A DNA stretch of 63,952 nt, counting the filler, from Thraustochytrium aureum (taxonomy: Eukaryota): assembly GCA_012862495.1 (NCBI GenBank). It is 6 parts of 4 records of this genome, joined end to end, with 100 filler letters (N's around TTAATTAATTAA, not from the genome) between each part and the next. Parts side by side here need not be neighbours in the genome. Positions count along the whole stretch, not along the records: positions 18,980 to 37,213 come from BLSG01000402.1; 5 more parts are not named here. One strand, 5' to 3'. This document shows positions 23,079 through 33,883 of the stretch, piece by piece (position 1 is the stretch's first letter; every line of letters starts with the position of its first letter). The notes beneath the pieces were generated by a model, which was not told the DNA's origin, searched no databases, and saw only the letters and a list, made by a program, of their open reading frames with translations. The translations under genes and the position numbers were made by a program.

Positions 23079-26000
23079 TCAGTTCTCGTTCCCGCAGATT
23101 CTCTCGTCGTGCTCGAACGTCATGGTTACCTCGTAGCCCGGGTTGGGCATGCAGGCGACGTCGATCGGGCAATCGAGCTGCGAGATCTCGCACTGCCGCA
23201 CGCGGACTGGGTTGGTAAACAGGTCGGGGTACGCGGCCGCCGCAAGCTCGAGCTCGTTGTTGCACGGCGGCAAGTTAGACGGAATGAACATGACCTCCTC
23301 CCATGCGTTCTGTGCGTTCAGGAATTCCACCGTGAGGCCCGGAACGCAAGCCTCAGACGGCGTGCGCTTGGCGTAGCTCTTGGGCGAGGAGCCGCACATC
23401 GTAGTCACGCCAGCGGTGAGGACGCCCTGGCCGAGCTCCTCTACTACGTCGAAAGCGCCGTCTACCTGAATGCGAGACTTGCACTGGCGGATGAACTGCT
23501 TCTCGCTGAGATCCGACGGACGCTTGTGCTTGACGGACGTGCAGTACAGCTCGGCCCACTTGTTGCCGTTCGAGCCAATGTCGTTGATGCACTTGCTGAC
23601 GCGGTTCGGGTTGTCCGGGAAAATGTTGGCTGACGTGCACCACGCCTCAACACCCATTTTGACCTGCTGTGGCGTGCAGCCCGGCTGCCAGAGCTCCTTG
23701 CAGAGTTGCTGCGCCGTGTCAAAGTTGGCGACGTGGCACGTCTCGAAGACCTTTTCTGTGTTGTTCGTGGTCGAGTTGACCTTGTCGATGACAGCGTTCT
23801 CCTCTGCGCAATAGCCCGAGCCCTGGCGGTTGTCGTTCAGCTCGACCAAGTTTTGCACGTTCATGCGGTAGCCAGTGTATTTGTTGTCATGGCTGACGCG
23901 CTTGATGCAGACGACGCGAATGAAGATCTGCGAGACGGGATCGGTGATGAGGAGGTTGCGCTCGTACTTGACGTCTCTCGACTTGTCTTCGGCAACGTCG
24001 AGCGCGGATCCGAGCGGAGCCGACCCAGGGCTGACGCGCCACTCGTTGCCCGCCTCGAAGCAGGTATCGGCAACGAGGGTGTACTTCCCCGCGTTGGTTG
24101 TGAGCTCGAGCGTCTCGATTACGCCGCGCTCGCCCACCGAGATGCGGGCCACGAACCCGTCACCCGAGTTGTACATGGTCATGAAGGCATCGCCAGAAGT
24201 CTTAAAGTCGGGTTGGCAGGGCGACCCGATGGCCCCGATGTCCGCGCGCTTGTTTCCGATTGCGTCTGCGCGGCTTTGGTCCCAGACGCACGTGTACCCA
24301 CCGTGGTCCTTTTCGGTCGCGCAAAGCGCCTCCTGCGTCTCGCAGTTGAGGTCGCGCGCGTCGCACAGGATCCACTTGTCCTCCGAGCGGTCAAAGGCTT
24401 GGCACTCTGGGTCGCCAAAGCAGGTGCACGACTTGCAGCAGGGCTCGCCGTCGTCGACGATGTTGAAGCCGAGCGTCAGCTTGCCGTTGAACTGCGGCCT
24501 GAGCAGCTTGTCGCACTTGGGGGCCTGTTCCGCGTCAGACGTGTCGCAGAACGCGTTCGGCATGTAGACGGCGCGGCACATTTGGTCGCTCGGGTTGTAG
24601 ATCCCGTCTTCGGCAGTGCAGAGCTGGTCACACTCGCCGATGATCTCTGTTGCGCCGGATGTGACACAGATCTCCTGCGGAGTAAACGTGTTGGCGCACT
24701 CGCCAGAGGACACCGTGAGGCCTTCGAAGCAGGCGTTGGCGGCAGGCAGGCCTGGCCCGCTCTCGTAGATGCACATGCCGGTTTGGTCGACATCGATCTG
24801 GCCGCCAGGGATTCCTTTGGAGCACACCTCGTTGCCATCGACGCTAACAATCAAAAGACCCTGCTGAACCGTCATCGTGACGCTTGTTGCTTGGCCCACG
24901 CCGATCTCGTCCGATGTGCAGATCGCGTCCCCGCCAGTGCCCTTGACCATAAACTCGAGCGTGGACGAGCAGTTGAGAACGTTGACGCCGGCCACCATCT
25001 CTGAGCAGCCGATCTGCACTACATTTGACTTTTCGCTGCTGCAGTCGAGCGCGTTCAGCTCGACGCTAAAGCTGAGCTCGAAGCTGTTCTCGACGTTGAG
25101 GTTGCCCACCAAGTTGCCGGGGGTGATTGTCGTAGCGCAGGTTGGTGCTGCGGTGGGGCTCGTGGTGGTGGGCAGCGGCGTCGGGCTAGTCGTGGGTCCT
25201 TCGGTCGGGGTCGCGGTGGGACTCGGAACGACCTCAGTGAGCACAGTGACGCACGCGTCAGCAGGGGGTTGATTCGGAGCGCTCGCATACGTGCACACGT
25301 CGAATGGATTGTCGTTCCCGCTAGGCAGGCCCGGAGGGGAAGGCAGGGTCCTTTGGCAGACTTGCGTGCCGTCTACAGTCACAACCAAGGTTGATGGCGT
25401 CGTGGCGACGACAATTTCGGTCGCCATTCCAGGGGTGAGCGGCGAGGAGGGTGAGCAAGTCACTGTTTCTCCGCCGGTCGTGTGGACCTCGACAATAACG
25501 CTTGTCGAGCAGGGCAGCGCAAAGAGGCTCATAAGCGGCTCGTCGCAGCCGAGCTGGGCAATGCTCGTTCGGCTCGCGTTGCAGTCCGGCTGGACCTTGT
25601 TGAACTCGACCTCCAAGGTCACTTCAAAGCTCTCTCCAGGAATCATTGAATCAGTATCCACAAGTGTGCCGGGCACGACCGTGGGTTCGCAGGTATCGAG
25701 GGTGGGGCTCGTGGTGGGCGCGTTGCTCGGGCTCATGGTCGGGCTGTCCGTGGGCGACGTCGTGGGCTGCTCACTCGGAGACGCAGAAGGCGTCATCGTT
25801 GGGCTCATCGTTGGGCTCATGGTCGGGCTGTCTGTGGGCGTCTTGGTGGGGCTGTCCGTGGGCGAAGCAGNNNNNNNNNNNNNNNNNNNNNNNNNNNNNN
25901 NNNNNNNNNNNNNNNNNNNNNNNNNNNNNNNNNNNNNNNNNNNNNNNNNNNNNNNNNNNNNNNNNNNNNNNNNNNNNNNNNNNNNNNNNNNNNNNNNNNN

Positions 26001-28277
26001 NNNNNNNNNNNNNNNNNNNNNNNNNNNNNNNNNNNNNNNNNNNNNNNNNNNNNNNNNNNNNNNNNNNNNNNNNNNNNNNNNNNNNNNNNNNNNNNNNNNN
26101 NNNNNNNNNNNNNNNNNNNNNNNNNNNNNNNNNNNNNNNNNNNNNNNNNNNNNNNNNNNNNNNNNNNNNNNNNNNNNNNNNNNNNNNNNNNNNNNNNNNN
26201 NNNNNNNNNNNNNNNNNNNNNNNNNNNNNNNNNNNNNNNNNNNNNNNNNNNNNNNNNNNNNNNNNNNNNNNNNNNNNNNNNNNNNNNNNNNNNNNNNNNN
26301 NNNNNNNNNNNNNNNNNNNNNNNNNNNNNNNNNNNNNNNNNNNNNNNNNNNNNNNNNNNNNNNNNNNNNNNNNNNNNNNNNNNNNNNNNNNNNNNNNNNN
26401 NNNNNNNNNNNNNNNNNNNNNNNNNNNNNNNNNNNNNNNNNNNNNNNNNNNNNNNNNNNNNNNNNNNNNNNNNNNNNNNNNNNNNNNNNNNNNNNNNNNN
26501 NNNNNNNNNNNNNNNNNNNNNNNNNNNNNNNNNNNNNAGTCTTGGTGGGGCTGTCCGTGGGCGACTTGGTCGGAGAGAAAGTCGGTGAAGGTGTCGGGCA
26601 GTCGTTGCTTGCGTACTGGAGAGCCACTGAGACACTTATGACAGGGCGGCAGCTGTTTACGACCAAACACTCGCTGCTCAAACCACACTGCGAGAATCGA
26701 ACCGGGTACATGAACAGGTTCGGGTGCGCGTCTGCCGTGACAACGAGCTGATTGCCGCATGGTGGCTTGCTGCTTGGAATGAAAAACTCTTGAACCCAGT
26801 TGCCGTTCATGAGGTACTCCACCGACACGCCCTGCACGCAGGTTTCGCTTGGGCTCGAAGTGTTGTACTGGGAGACCGACGAAGCGCACGTGGTCTGTGG
26901 GTTGCCTTGGTTGACCATCCCGTCAGAATGCGACTGCAAAAACGTCGGCCAGCCGAACTGAGAAACCTCGGTAACACACTGGTCCACATCGAGTTGGTTG
27001 GCCTGGCAGACGAGGGTTGTCCACGCGGTGGCGCGCTCGACGTTTTTGCCCGTTTTGAGGAGCGACTTGCAGGCAGAAACATCGCCGGCGACCTCGGTGC
27101 GCGCCAGGTCGGCATTCTCGCACCAGATATCGATGTTCTCGTCAATAGTCCACTGGCGGCACTGCTCGTTGACGAGGTACTTGCACGCGACGAGCGCGGA
27201 CGGGAGGTTTTGCCGCAGGCAGTAGTCGTGCTTCCACGAGCTTGCAAGCGTAGTCCCCACTTTTTCCGCGATCTCGCCGGTGACGCAAATCCCTCCAGCG
27301 TCGGCGGGGCGGTTCGGTCGCGTCTCGATGAGGCTCTGGATGTTGAGCCGAGGGCGCACCGACCCTGAGCTCCGCGTGCAAACTATGTCGGCAAAGAGTC
27401 CAGCGCCCTCATCGCTGACTCGCCACCAGGTCTCGACAGAATTGGGCATGGTCCAGCTCCAGGAGGGAGGAAGCGACCCAGTGCTGGACTGCCAGGCAGA
27501 GGGCGGGTCGCTCATTTGCGTAAAGCAGTCTTGCGCGTTGAGCTTGTAGCTAGCCCCGTCCGACGTGCTCATGTGCGCCTCCAGAATGACGCCGCGCTCG
27601 CCAAGCAGCAGCTCCAGCTTGAAGCCGTCTGCCTCGTACATGGTCATCGTCGGGTTCCCGGAGAGCGCCCAGTCGGGCTGGCAAGGGGAGCCAGAGGTCT
27701 CCCAGTCGACCCAGTTTTCCTTCCAAACGCAGGCGTTCATGGCATGGTCGAGTTGCTTGTGGCACTGTCGCTTGCTGTGCAAGCACGTGTTGGGCTGCCG
27801 GGAGTCGCAGATGATCCACTCGGTCTGGGTTCCGTCGAAAGCCGTGCACTCCGGGTCGCCATAGCAGGTGCAAACCTCGCAGCACAGGCCCTCCTGGGTC
27901 TGGGAGCCCATGTCGAGCTCAATAGTGAGCACGTCGCTGGAACTGAGCATGCCCGCACACATCGAGTTGGTCGTCGGATCGCAGTACGGGGTCTCGGTCT
28001 CAACAGAGCGACAGACGGGGTCGCCGCTTTGCAGTTGGCGTTCAGCTCGAAGTGCGCGCGATTCACCAAAGAGCGCTCGCCGCGCGTCTTGGCCTGCCTC
28101 GTTTCCGCAGCAGCTGGACATGTCAGCCTTGGCGGTGACCTGGTTCATGGTCGAACACCAGACATTTTCCTGCGCAAGCAGCGTGGTCGTGCTTGAGCTT
28201 CCAGTGCAGGGGTCCGGCTGCGCCTTGACGAAGCCGAGCGTCGCGAGCACGGCCACTGCGGCTGCGACGCGACGCAT
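23079..28277 (-). CDS. Secreted Cys-rich adhesin/mucin-like protein, paralog 1: signal peptide, VWD-like module, PT repeats, two beta-sandwich repeats, VWD-like module
   Basis: Signal peptide MRRVAAAVAVLATLGFVKAQP; two internal copies of C-T-C-(Y/F)-G-D-P-E-C-x-A-F-D resembling the VWD start; SPTxSPT repeats spanning N gap 25871-26538; no TM segment. Confidence 0.8.
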   Translation of the reverse strand: MRRVAAAVAVLATLGFVKAQPDPCTGSSSTTTLLAQENVWCSTMNQVTAKADMSSCCGNEAGQDARRALFGESRALRAERQLQSGDPVCRSVETETPYCDPTTNSMCAGMLSSSDVLTIELDMGSQTQEGLCCEVCTCYGDPECTAFDGTQTEWIICDSRQPNTCLHSKRQCHKQLDHAMNACVWKENWVDWETSGSPCQPDWALSGNPTMTMYEADGFKLELLLGERGVILEAHMSTSDGASYKLNAQDCFTQMSDPPSAWQSSTGSLPPSWSWTMPNSVETWWRVSDEGAGLFADIVCTRSSGSVRPRLNIQSLIETRPNRPADAGGICVTGEIAEKVGTTLASSWKHDYCLRQNLPSALVACKYLVNEQCRQWTIDENIDIWCENADLARTEVAGDVSACKSLLKTGKNVERATAWTTLVCQANQLDVDQCVTEVSQFGWPTFLQSHSDGMVNQGNPQTTCASSVSQYNTSSPSETCVQGVSVEYLMNGNWVQEFFIPSSKPPCGNQLVVTADAHPNLFMYPVRFSQCGLSSECLVVNSCRPVISVSVALQYASNDCPTPSPTFSPTKSPTDSPTKTXXXXXXXXXXXXXXXXXXXXXXXXXXXXXXXXXXXXXXXXXXXXXXXXXXXXXXXXXXXXXXXXXXXXXXXXXXXXXXXXXXXXXXXXXXXXXXXXXXXXXXXXXXXXXXXXXXXXXXXXXXXXXXXXXXXXXXXXXXXXXXXXXXXXXXXXXXXXXXXXXXXXXXXXXXXXXXXXXXXXXXXXXXXXXXXXXXXXXXXXXXXXXXXXXXXXXXXXXXXXXXXASPTDSPTKTPTDSPTMSPTMSPTMTPSASPSEQPTTSPTDSPTMSPSNAPTTSPTLDTCEPTVVPGTLVDTDSMIPGESFEVTLEVEFNKVQPDCNASRTSIAQLGCDEPLMSLFALPCSTSVIVEVHTTGGETVTCSPSSPLTPGMATEIVVATTPSTLVVTVDGTQVCQRTLPSPPGLPSGNDNPFDVCTYASAPNQPPADACVTVLTEVVPSPTATPTEGPTTSPTPLPTTTSPTAAPTCATTITPGNLVGNLNVENSFELSFSVELNALDCSSEKSNVVQIGCSEMVAGVNVLNCSSTLEFMVKGTGGDAICTSDEIGVGQATSVTMTVQQGLLIVSVDGNEVCSKGIPGGQIDVDQTGMCIYESGPGLPAANACFEGLTVSSGECANTFTPQEICVTSGATEIIGECDQLCTAEDGIYNPSDQMCRAVYMPNAFCDTSDAEQAPKCDKLLRPQFNGKLTLGFNIVDDGEPCCKSCTCFGDPECQAFDRSEDKWILCDARDLNCETQEALCATEKDHGGYTCVWDQSRADAIGNKRADIGAIGSPCQPDFKTSGDAFMTMYNSGDGFVARISVGERGVIETLELTTNAGKYTLVADTCFEAGNEWRVSPGSAPLGSALDVAEDKSRDVKYERNLLITDPVSQIFIRVVCIKRVSHDNKYTGYRMNVQNLVELNDNRQGSGYCAEENAVIDKVNSTTNNTEKVFETCHVANFDTAQQLCKELWQPGCTPQQVKMGVEAWCTSANIFPDNPNRVSKCINDIGSNGNKWAELYCTSVKHKRPSDLSEKQFIRQCKSRIQVDGAFDVVEELGQGVLTAGVTTMCGSSPKSYAKRTPSEACVPGLTVEFLNAQNAWEEVMFIPSNLPPCNNELELAAAAYPDLFTNPVRVRQCEISQLDCPIDVACMPNPGYEVTMTFEHDERICGNEN
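25700..26600 (-). repeat. Coding tandem repeat (12-nt units encoding SPTD/SPTM/TPTD); unresolved assembly gap inside
   Basis: gtcttggtggggctgtccgtgggcga occurs on both sides of the 668-N gap. Confidence 0.85.
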
Positions 28278-29556
28278 TCTCCTTGCCTGTTCTCCCGCTG
28301 TTCAAATGCTCTTCCTTCCCGCTCGTCGCTTTCGCCTCCCCGGCGTCGCTCGTCTTGTGCGATTGGTGTCTGGCTGCGCTGGGGTCGCTTGCGAGATGAC
28401 TACAAAGATCAAAAATGGAGTTGAGTTCGAGTAGGCTTTCAATCATGCGCTGCGTGCGTCCATTGGCAACACGAGCTCATCGAATCGGCGCAGTTTGGGT
28501 TGCCATCCGATTTGACCTGCCAAGTCTTTGACTTTAGTTGCTGGAGAAAAAAACCTTGGGGCAGGCAGTGTTGCGGGCTCCGAAACGACGACACGAAGTA
28601 GAGTAACCAAGTAGAGTAACGCAGAGAGTGAATCGCACGCGCCCAGCGGCAGATCCAGTCTTGGGGAGGGCGGCGGGGAAGCGGGGCGTCTGCGGGCGCC
28701 CACTCTTCCAGCACCAGAACGTCAATGTGCGCTGCGGCGCTAGCAAGAACGAAATCACCAGCCGAGGCTGCGTGGTGCGACGTCTCCTGCTCAGCGCGTG
28801 GTTGACAGTGCGCGAACGATGCGGCAGCCCTTCGGTTAGCTGCGGCCCGCTCCATTGGCGCATGCAGTTCATGGTCGGCTTTCCAAGCGCAGAGTCACCT
28901 TCAGTGAGAAATGTGGATGTCTGAGGCGAGCGCGCAGAACATGCGCTCGATCTTGCTGCGCTGGGTTGGGATACTCGCGAGTGAGTAAAACCGATCACAG
29001 GTCACGTCACGGTCGTACAGTGGCTCGCGCGACGCAGCAGCCTGGTCGACCTCCCACGAGGGAATAGGGAATGCCGCGAGCGCGATGCCCATCGCGTGTT
29101 TGGGCAACTCTTGACCGTGGTCTCACCGCTGACGTGGTCTCCATTGGGGGTTGGAGGTAGTGTTCAAGTGGAGTGGTGGGAGGTGCCGGAGTGCCGGCCG
29201 TGACGCGGCCGAACAGAGAGGACGCTGCAGGTCTGTCAGTTTGCGAAGAACAACGTGCGCCTGCCCGGACATCCCGCATTGGAGGATGGATCGATCCGAT
29301 GCGCGGTCGGGTGGGTACACGTTGTGATGCGCGGTCGGGGCGTCCCAATGCGGGGCCGCGAAGTGGTGGTTTCGTGCGACGCTTGCTCCCACGCGAGCGA
29401 TGATGGCAAGGTCTTTGGCGCGTCAAAAAGCAGACGCGGGCAGAATGAGCAGACGTGGGCAGAATGAAGAAGCAGTGCTCGAACTACTCAACAGGGAAAC
29501 GCTGGCGCGCATGCGCGTCGGGACACGACTGGGAGGAACGGCACGGCACACTATTC

Positions 29557-32500
29557 TTACGTTTCGTTACCGCAGATGCTCTCGTCATGCGTGTAGGTCA
29601 TGGAGACCTCGTAGCCAGGGTTGGGCAGGCACGCAACGTCGATCGGGCAGGTGATGCGCGAGATCTCGCACTGGCGCACGCGAACGACGTGGGTAAAGAG
29701 CTCGGGAAACTCTGCCGCAACGAGGTCGAGCGCATTGTTGCACGGCGGGAGCGTGGACGGGATAAACATGACCTCTTCCCACTCGTCCTGGTCGTTGCGG
29801 AACTCGACGGTGAGGCCAGGAACGCAAACCTCGGAAGGCTTGCGCTTGGCGTAGCTCTTCGCGGACGAACCGCACAGCGTTGAGCCGCCCGTGGCAAGGA
29901 CACCCTGGCCAAGCTCATCAACGACATCGAACGCGCCGTCCACCTGGATACGCGATTTGCACTGGTTGATGAACTGCTTCTCGCTGAGATCGGGCGAGCG
30001 CTTGTTCTTGACGGAAGTGCAGTAGAGCTCGGCCCACTTGATGCCGTCAGTGCCGATGAACTTGATGCAGTCATTGACGCGGTTCGTGTTGTCGGGGTAG
30101 ATGTTGGCGGTGGTGCACCAGGCCTCGACACCCATTGTGACCTGCTCCGGGGTGCAGCCAGGCTGCCACAGCACCTTGCAGAGCTGCTGCGCAGTGTCAA
30201 AGTTGCCAACGTGGCAGGTGCCGAAGACGACTTCGGTGGTGTCCGTCGTGGCGTTGCCCTTGTTGATAATCGCGTTCTCCTCGGTGCAGTAACCGGAGCC
30301 TTGGCGGCTCACATCTAGCTCGACGAGGTTTTGGATGTTCATGCGGTACGCGGTGAACTGCTTGTCGCGACTGACGCGCATGATGCAGACGACACGGAGA
30401 AAGATCTGCGAGACCGGGTCAGTGATGAGGAGGTTGCGCTCATTGTTAAAGTTGTTCTCCGTGTCCTCGACGACATCGAGCGCAGTCGAGAGCGGGGCCG
30501 AGCCAGGGGCGACGCGCCACTCGTTGCCGTCTTCGAAGCAGGTGTCAGCAATCAGCGTGTACGTTCCGACACTGGTCTTGAGCTCGAGCGTCTCGATCAC
30601 ACCGCGCTCTCCCATGGAAATGCGCGCCGTGAAACCGTCACCCGTGTCGTACATGGTCATGTAGGCGTCGCCAGAGGTGGCAAAGTCGGCCTGGCACGGC
30701 GACCCGATGGCGCCGATGTCCGCGCGCCTGTTCCCAATAGCGTCTGCGCGAGCCTGGTTCCACACGCACGAATTGCCGACGTGGTCCTTTTGGGTGGCGC
30801 AGAGCGACTCCCGGGTCACGCACTTGTCGTCGCGCGCGTCGCACAAGATCCACTTGTCTTCCGAGCGGTCGAAGGCCTGGCACTCGGGGTCGCCGTAGCA
30901 GGTGCAGGACTTGCAGCAGGGCTCGCCATCGTCAACGATCTCAAAGCCGAGCGTCAGCTTGCCGTTGTAGCGCGGCATGAGCAGCTTGGCGCACTTTTCG
31001 GCCTGGTCCGCTTCAGACTCGTCACAGAACGGGCTCACCATGGTGACAGAACGGCACACCGGCTCGGCGCCAGGGTTGTACACGGAATCGTCGTCTGGGC
31101 AAATCTGGTCGCAGACACCGATGACCTCTGTGGCGCCGGAAGTGACGCAGACCTCCTGGCGGGGGAAGGTGCTCGAGCACTCGCCTCCGGCCACGAAAAT
31201 CGCATCCAGGCAGGCGTGAGCGGAAGGCATGCCGGGCCCACTCTGGTAGATGCACATGCCCGTATCGTCAACAGCGACCTGGCCGCCGGGGATCGTCTTG
31301 GAGCAAACTTCAACGCCACCAACAACGACGACCAGCTCGCCGTCGCGCACGCGCATCGTGGCAGTGACGGAGTTGCCCACGCCAATCTCCTCCGAGGTGC
31401 AGATCGCGTCGCCAGCGGTGCCCTTGACCATGAACTCGAGAGCGGAGGAGCAGTTGCGGATGTTGACTCCGGCAATCATGTCGGTGCAGCCAATCTGGAT
31501 GACGTTGGCGGTTTCGCCGTCGCAGTTGAGCGCGTTGAGCTCGATGTCGAAGGTGACCTCGAGGCTGTTCTCGAAGAGGAGCGTGCCTGCCTGGTTTCCG
31601 GGCGTGATGGTGGTGGCGCAGGTCGGCGAGGAGGTGGGGAGCGGCGTCGGGCTCTCGGTCGGGGTCGCCGTGGGGACCTTGACAACGGTGGTGGACGCGC
31701 TGGCGCAAACGTCTGCCGCGGGCTTGCTGGGAGCGCTCAGGTAGGTGCAGACATCGACGGGCGTGTCGTCGCCACCGCTGGGCAGACCCGGGGGCGACGG
31801 CAGGGTCTCGCTGCAGATCTCAGCGCCGGCAACAGTCACGACCAACTCGGTCTGCGTCGTGTAGACGACGACCTCGGTGGAGGTGCGCGGCGTGAAAGCG
31901 GAAGACGACTTGCAGACGACAGTCTCCCCGCCGGTCGTGTAAACCTCGACCTCAATGTCTGTCGAGCAGGGCAGTGCGTAGACGTTCATGAGCGGCTCGC
32001 CGCAGCCGAGCTGAGCGATGCTGGTCCGGCCCTCGCTGCAGCCAGGTTCAACCTTGTTGAACTCGACGTCCAAGGAGACCTCGAAGGTTTCGCCGGGAAC
32101 CATAGAGTCGGTGTCGACGAGCGTGCCGGGCACGACCGTGGGCTCACACGTGTCGAAAGTGGGGCTCGTGGTAGGCGATACAGAGGGCGAGCCGTCGGGC
32201 AGTTGGTGGTCGCGAACTGGAGGGCCACCGACACACCAATGACAGGGCGGCAGCTGTTGGCCACCAAGCACTCGCTGCTGAGATCGCACTGCGCAAAGCG
32301 AATCGGGTAGACAAAGAGGTTCGGGTGCGCTTCGGCCGTAATGACGAGCTGGTCTCCGCACGGGGGCATGTCGCTGGGGATGAAAAACTCCTGCACCCAG
32401 TCGCCGTTCATGAGGTACTCCACCGAGACGCCCTGCTTGCAGATGTCGCCCGAGGCAGACGGGCCGTACTGGGAGACCGAGGAAGCGCACGTGCTAAGCG

Positions 32501-33883
32501 CGTTGCCCTTGTCGACCATGCCGTCCGAGTGCGTCTGCAGAAACGTCGGCCAGCCGAACTGGGAGACCTCCGTCAAGCACTGGTCGACGTCGAGCTGGTT
32601 GGTCTGGCAGACAAGCGTGGTCCACGCCGTGGTCCGCTCGACGTTCCTGCCCGATTTGAGGAGCGACTTGCAGGCCTCAACATCACCAGCGGCATCGGTG
32701 CGTGAAAGATCAGCGTTCTCGCACCACATGTCGATACTCTCTTCCAGGGTCCATTGGCGGCACTGCTCGTCGACGAGGTACTTGCACGCGACGAGCATGG
32801 ACGGGAGGTTTTGGCGCAGGCAGAACTCGTGCTTCCATGAGCTCGAGCGCGTCGTGCCAGCCTTTTCCGAAATATTGCCGGTGGCGCAAAACCCTGCTGC
32901 GTTGGGGGGCGGTCGGGGCGCGTCTCGATGAGGTTCTGGATGTTGAGACGGGGCCGAGAGGAACCCGCACTATGCGTGCACACGATGTCCACAAAGATGC
33001 CGGTGCCGTCGTCGTTGACGTGCCACCAGGTTTCGACCGCGTTGGGGGTGCTCCACCGCCAGGACGAGGGGATGGAGCCCGTGCTGGACTGCCAGGCCGA
33101 CGGCGGGTCGCTCGCCTGGTCCATGCAGTCCTGGGCATTAAGCTTGTAGCTGGCCCCGTCCGAGGTGTCCATCATCGCCTCGAGAATGACGCCGCGCTCG
33201 CCGAGCAACAGGTCCAGCTTGAAGCCGTCTGCGTCATACATGGTCATCGTCGGGAAGCCGGACACGGTCCAGTTTGGCTGGCACGGGGAGCCCGACGTTT
33301 CGAAGTCGACCCAGTCGTCGGCCTTCCACACGCAAGAGTTCTCCGCGTGGTCACGCTGCTTGTTGCACTGCCTCTGCGTCTGCTGGCAGGTTTCGGGGTG
33401 ACGAGCGTCGCAGACGATCCACTCGCTCTTGGTTCCGTCAAAGGCGATGCACTCGGGGTCGCCATAGCAGGTGCAGACCTCGCAGCACAGGCCTTCCTGG
33501 CTCTGGGACTCCATGACGAGGTCGACGGTGAGGACGTCGTCGGCGCCGAGCAGGCCTTCGCACACCGAGTTGGTCGTCGGATCGCAGTAAGGGGTCTCCG
33601 TGTTGACCGAGCGGCAGACGGGAGCGTCGCTCTGCAGCTCGCGCGAGGCGCGGAGCGCGCGGGACTCGCCAAAGAGCGCACGGCGTGCGTCCTGGCCGGC
33701 CTCGTTGCCGCAGCACGTCGTCATGTCAGCCTTGGCGGTGACCTGGTTCATGGTCGAACACCAGTCATTGTCCTGCGCGAGCAGCGTGCTCGAGCTGGAG
33801 CTGCCGCTGCAGGCGTCCGGCTGCGCGTTGGCGAAGCCGACTGTCGCGAGCGCGACGAGGGCGGCGGCGGACGCGCCCCTCAT
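29557..33883 (-). CDS. Secreted Cys-rich VWD-like protein, paralog 2 (tandem duplicate of 23079..28277); frameshifts near 32906 and 32190
   Basis: ORFs 32573..33892, 31986..32798 and 29557..32490 align collinearly with paralog 1 (WCSTMNQVTAKADM, CYGDPEC, LLLGERGVILEA, CLRQNLPS, C-terminal ICGNE). ATG at 33883 gives signal peptide MRGASAAALVALATVGFANAQP. Confidence 0.8.
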
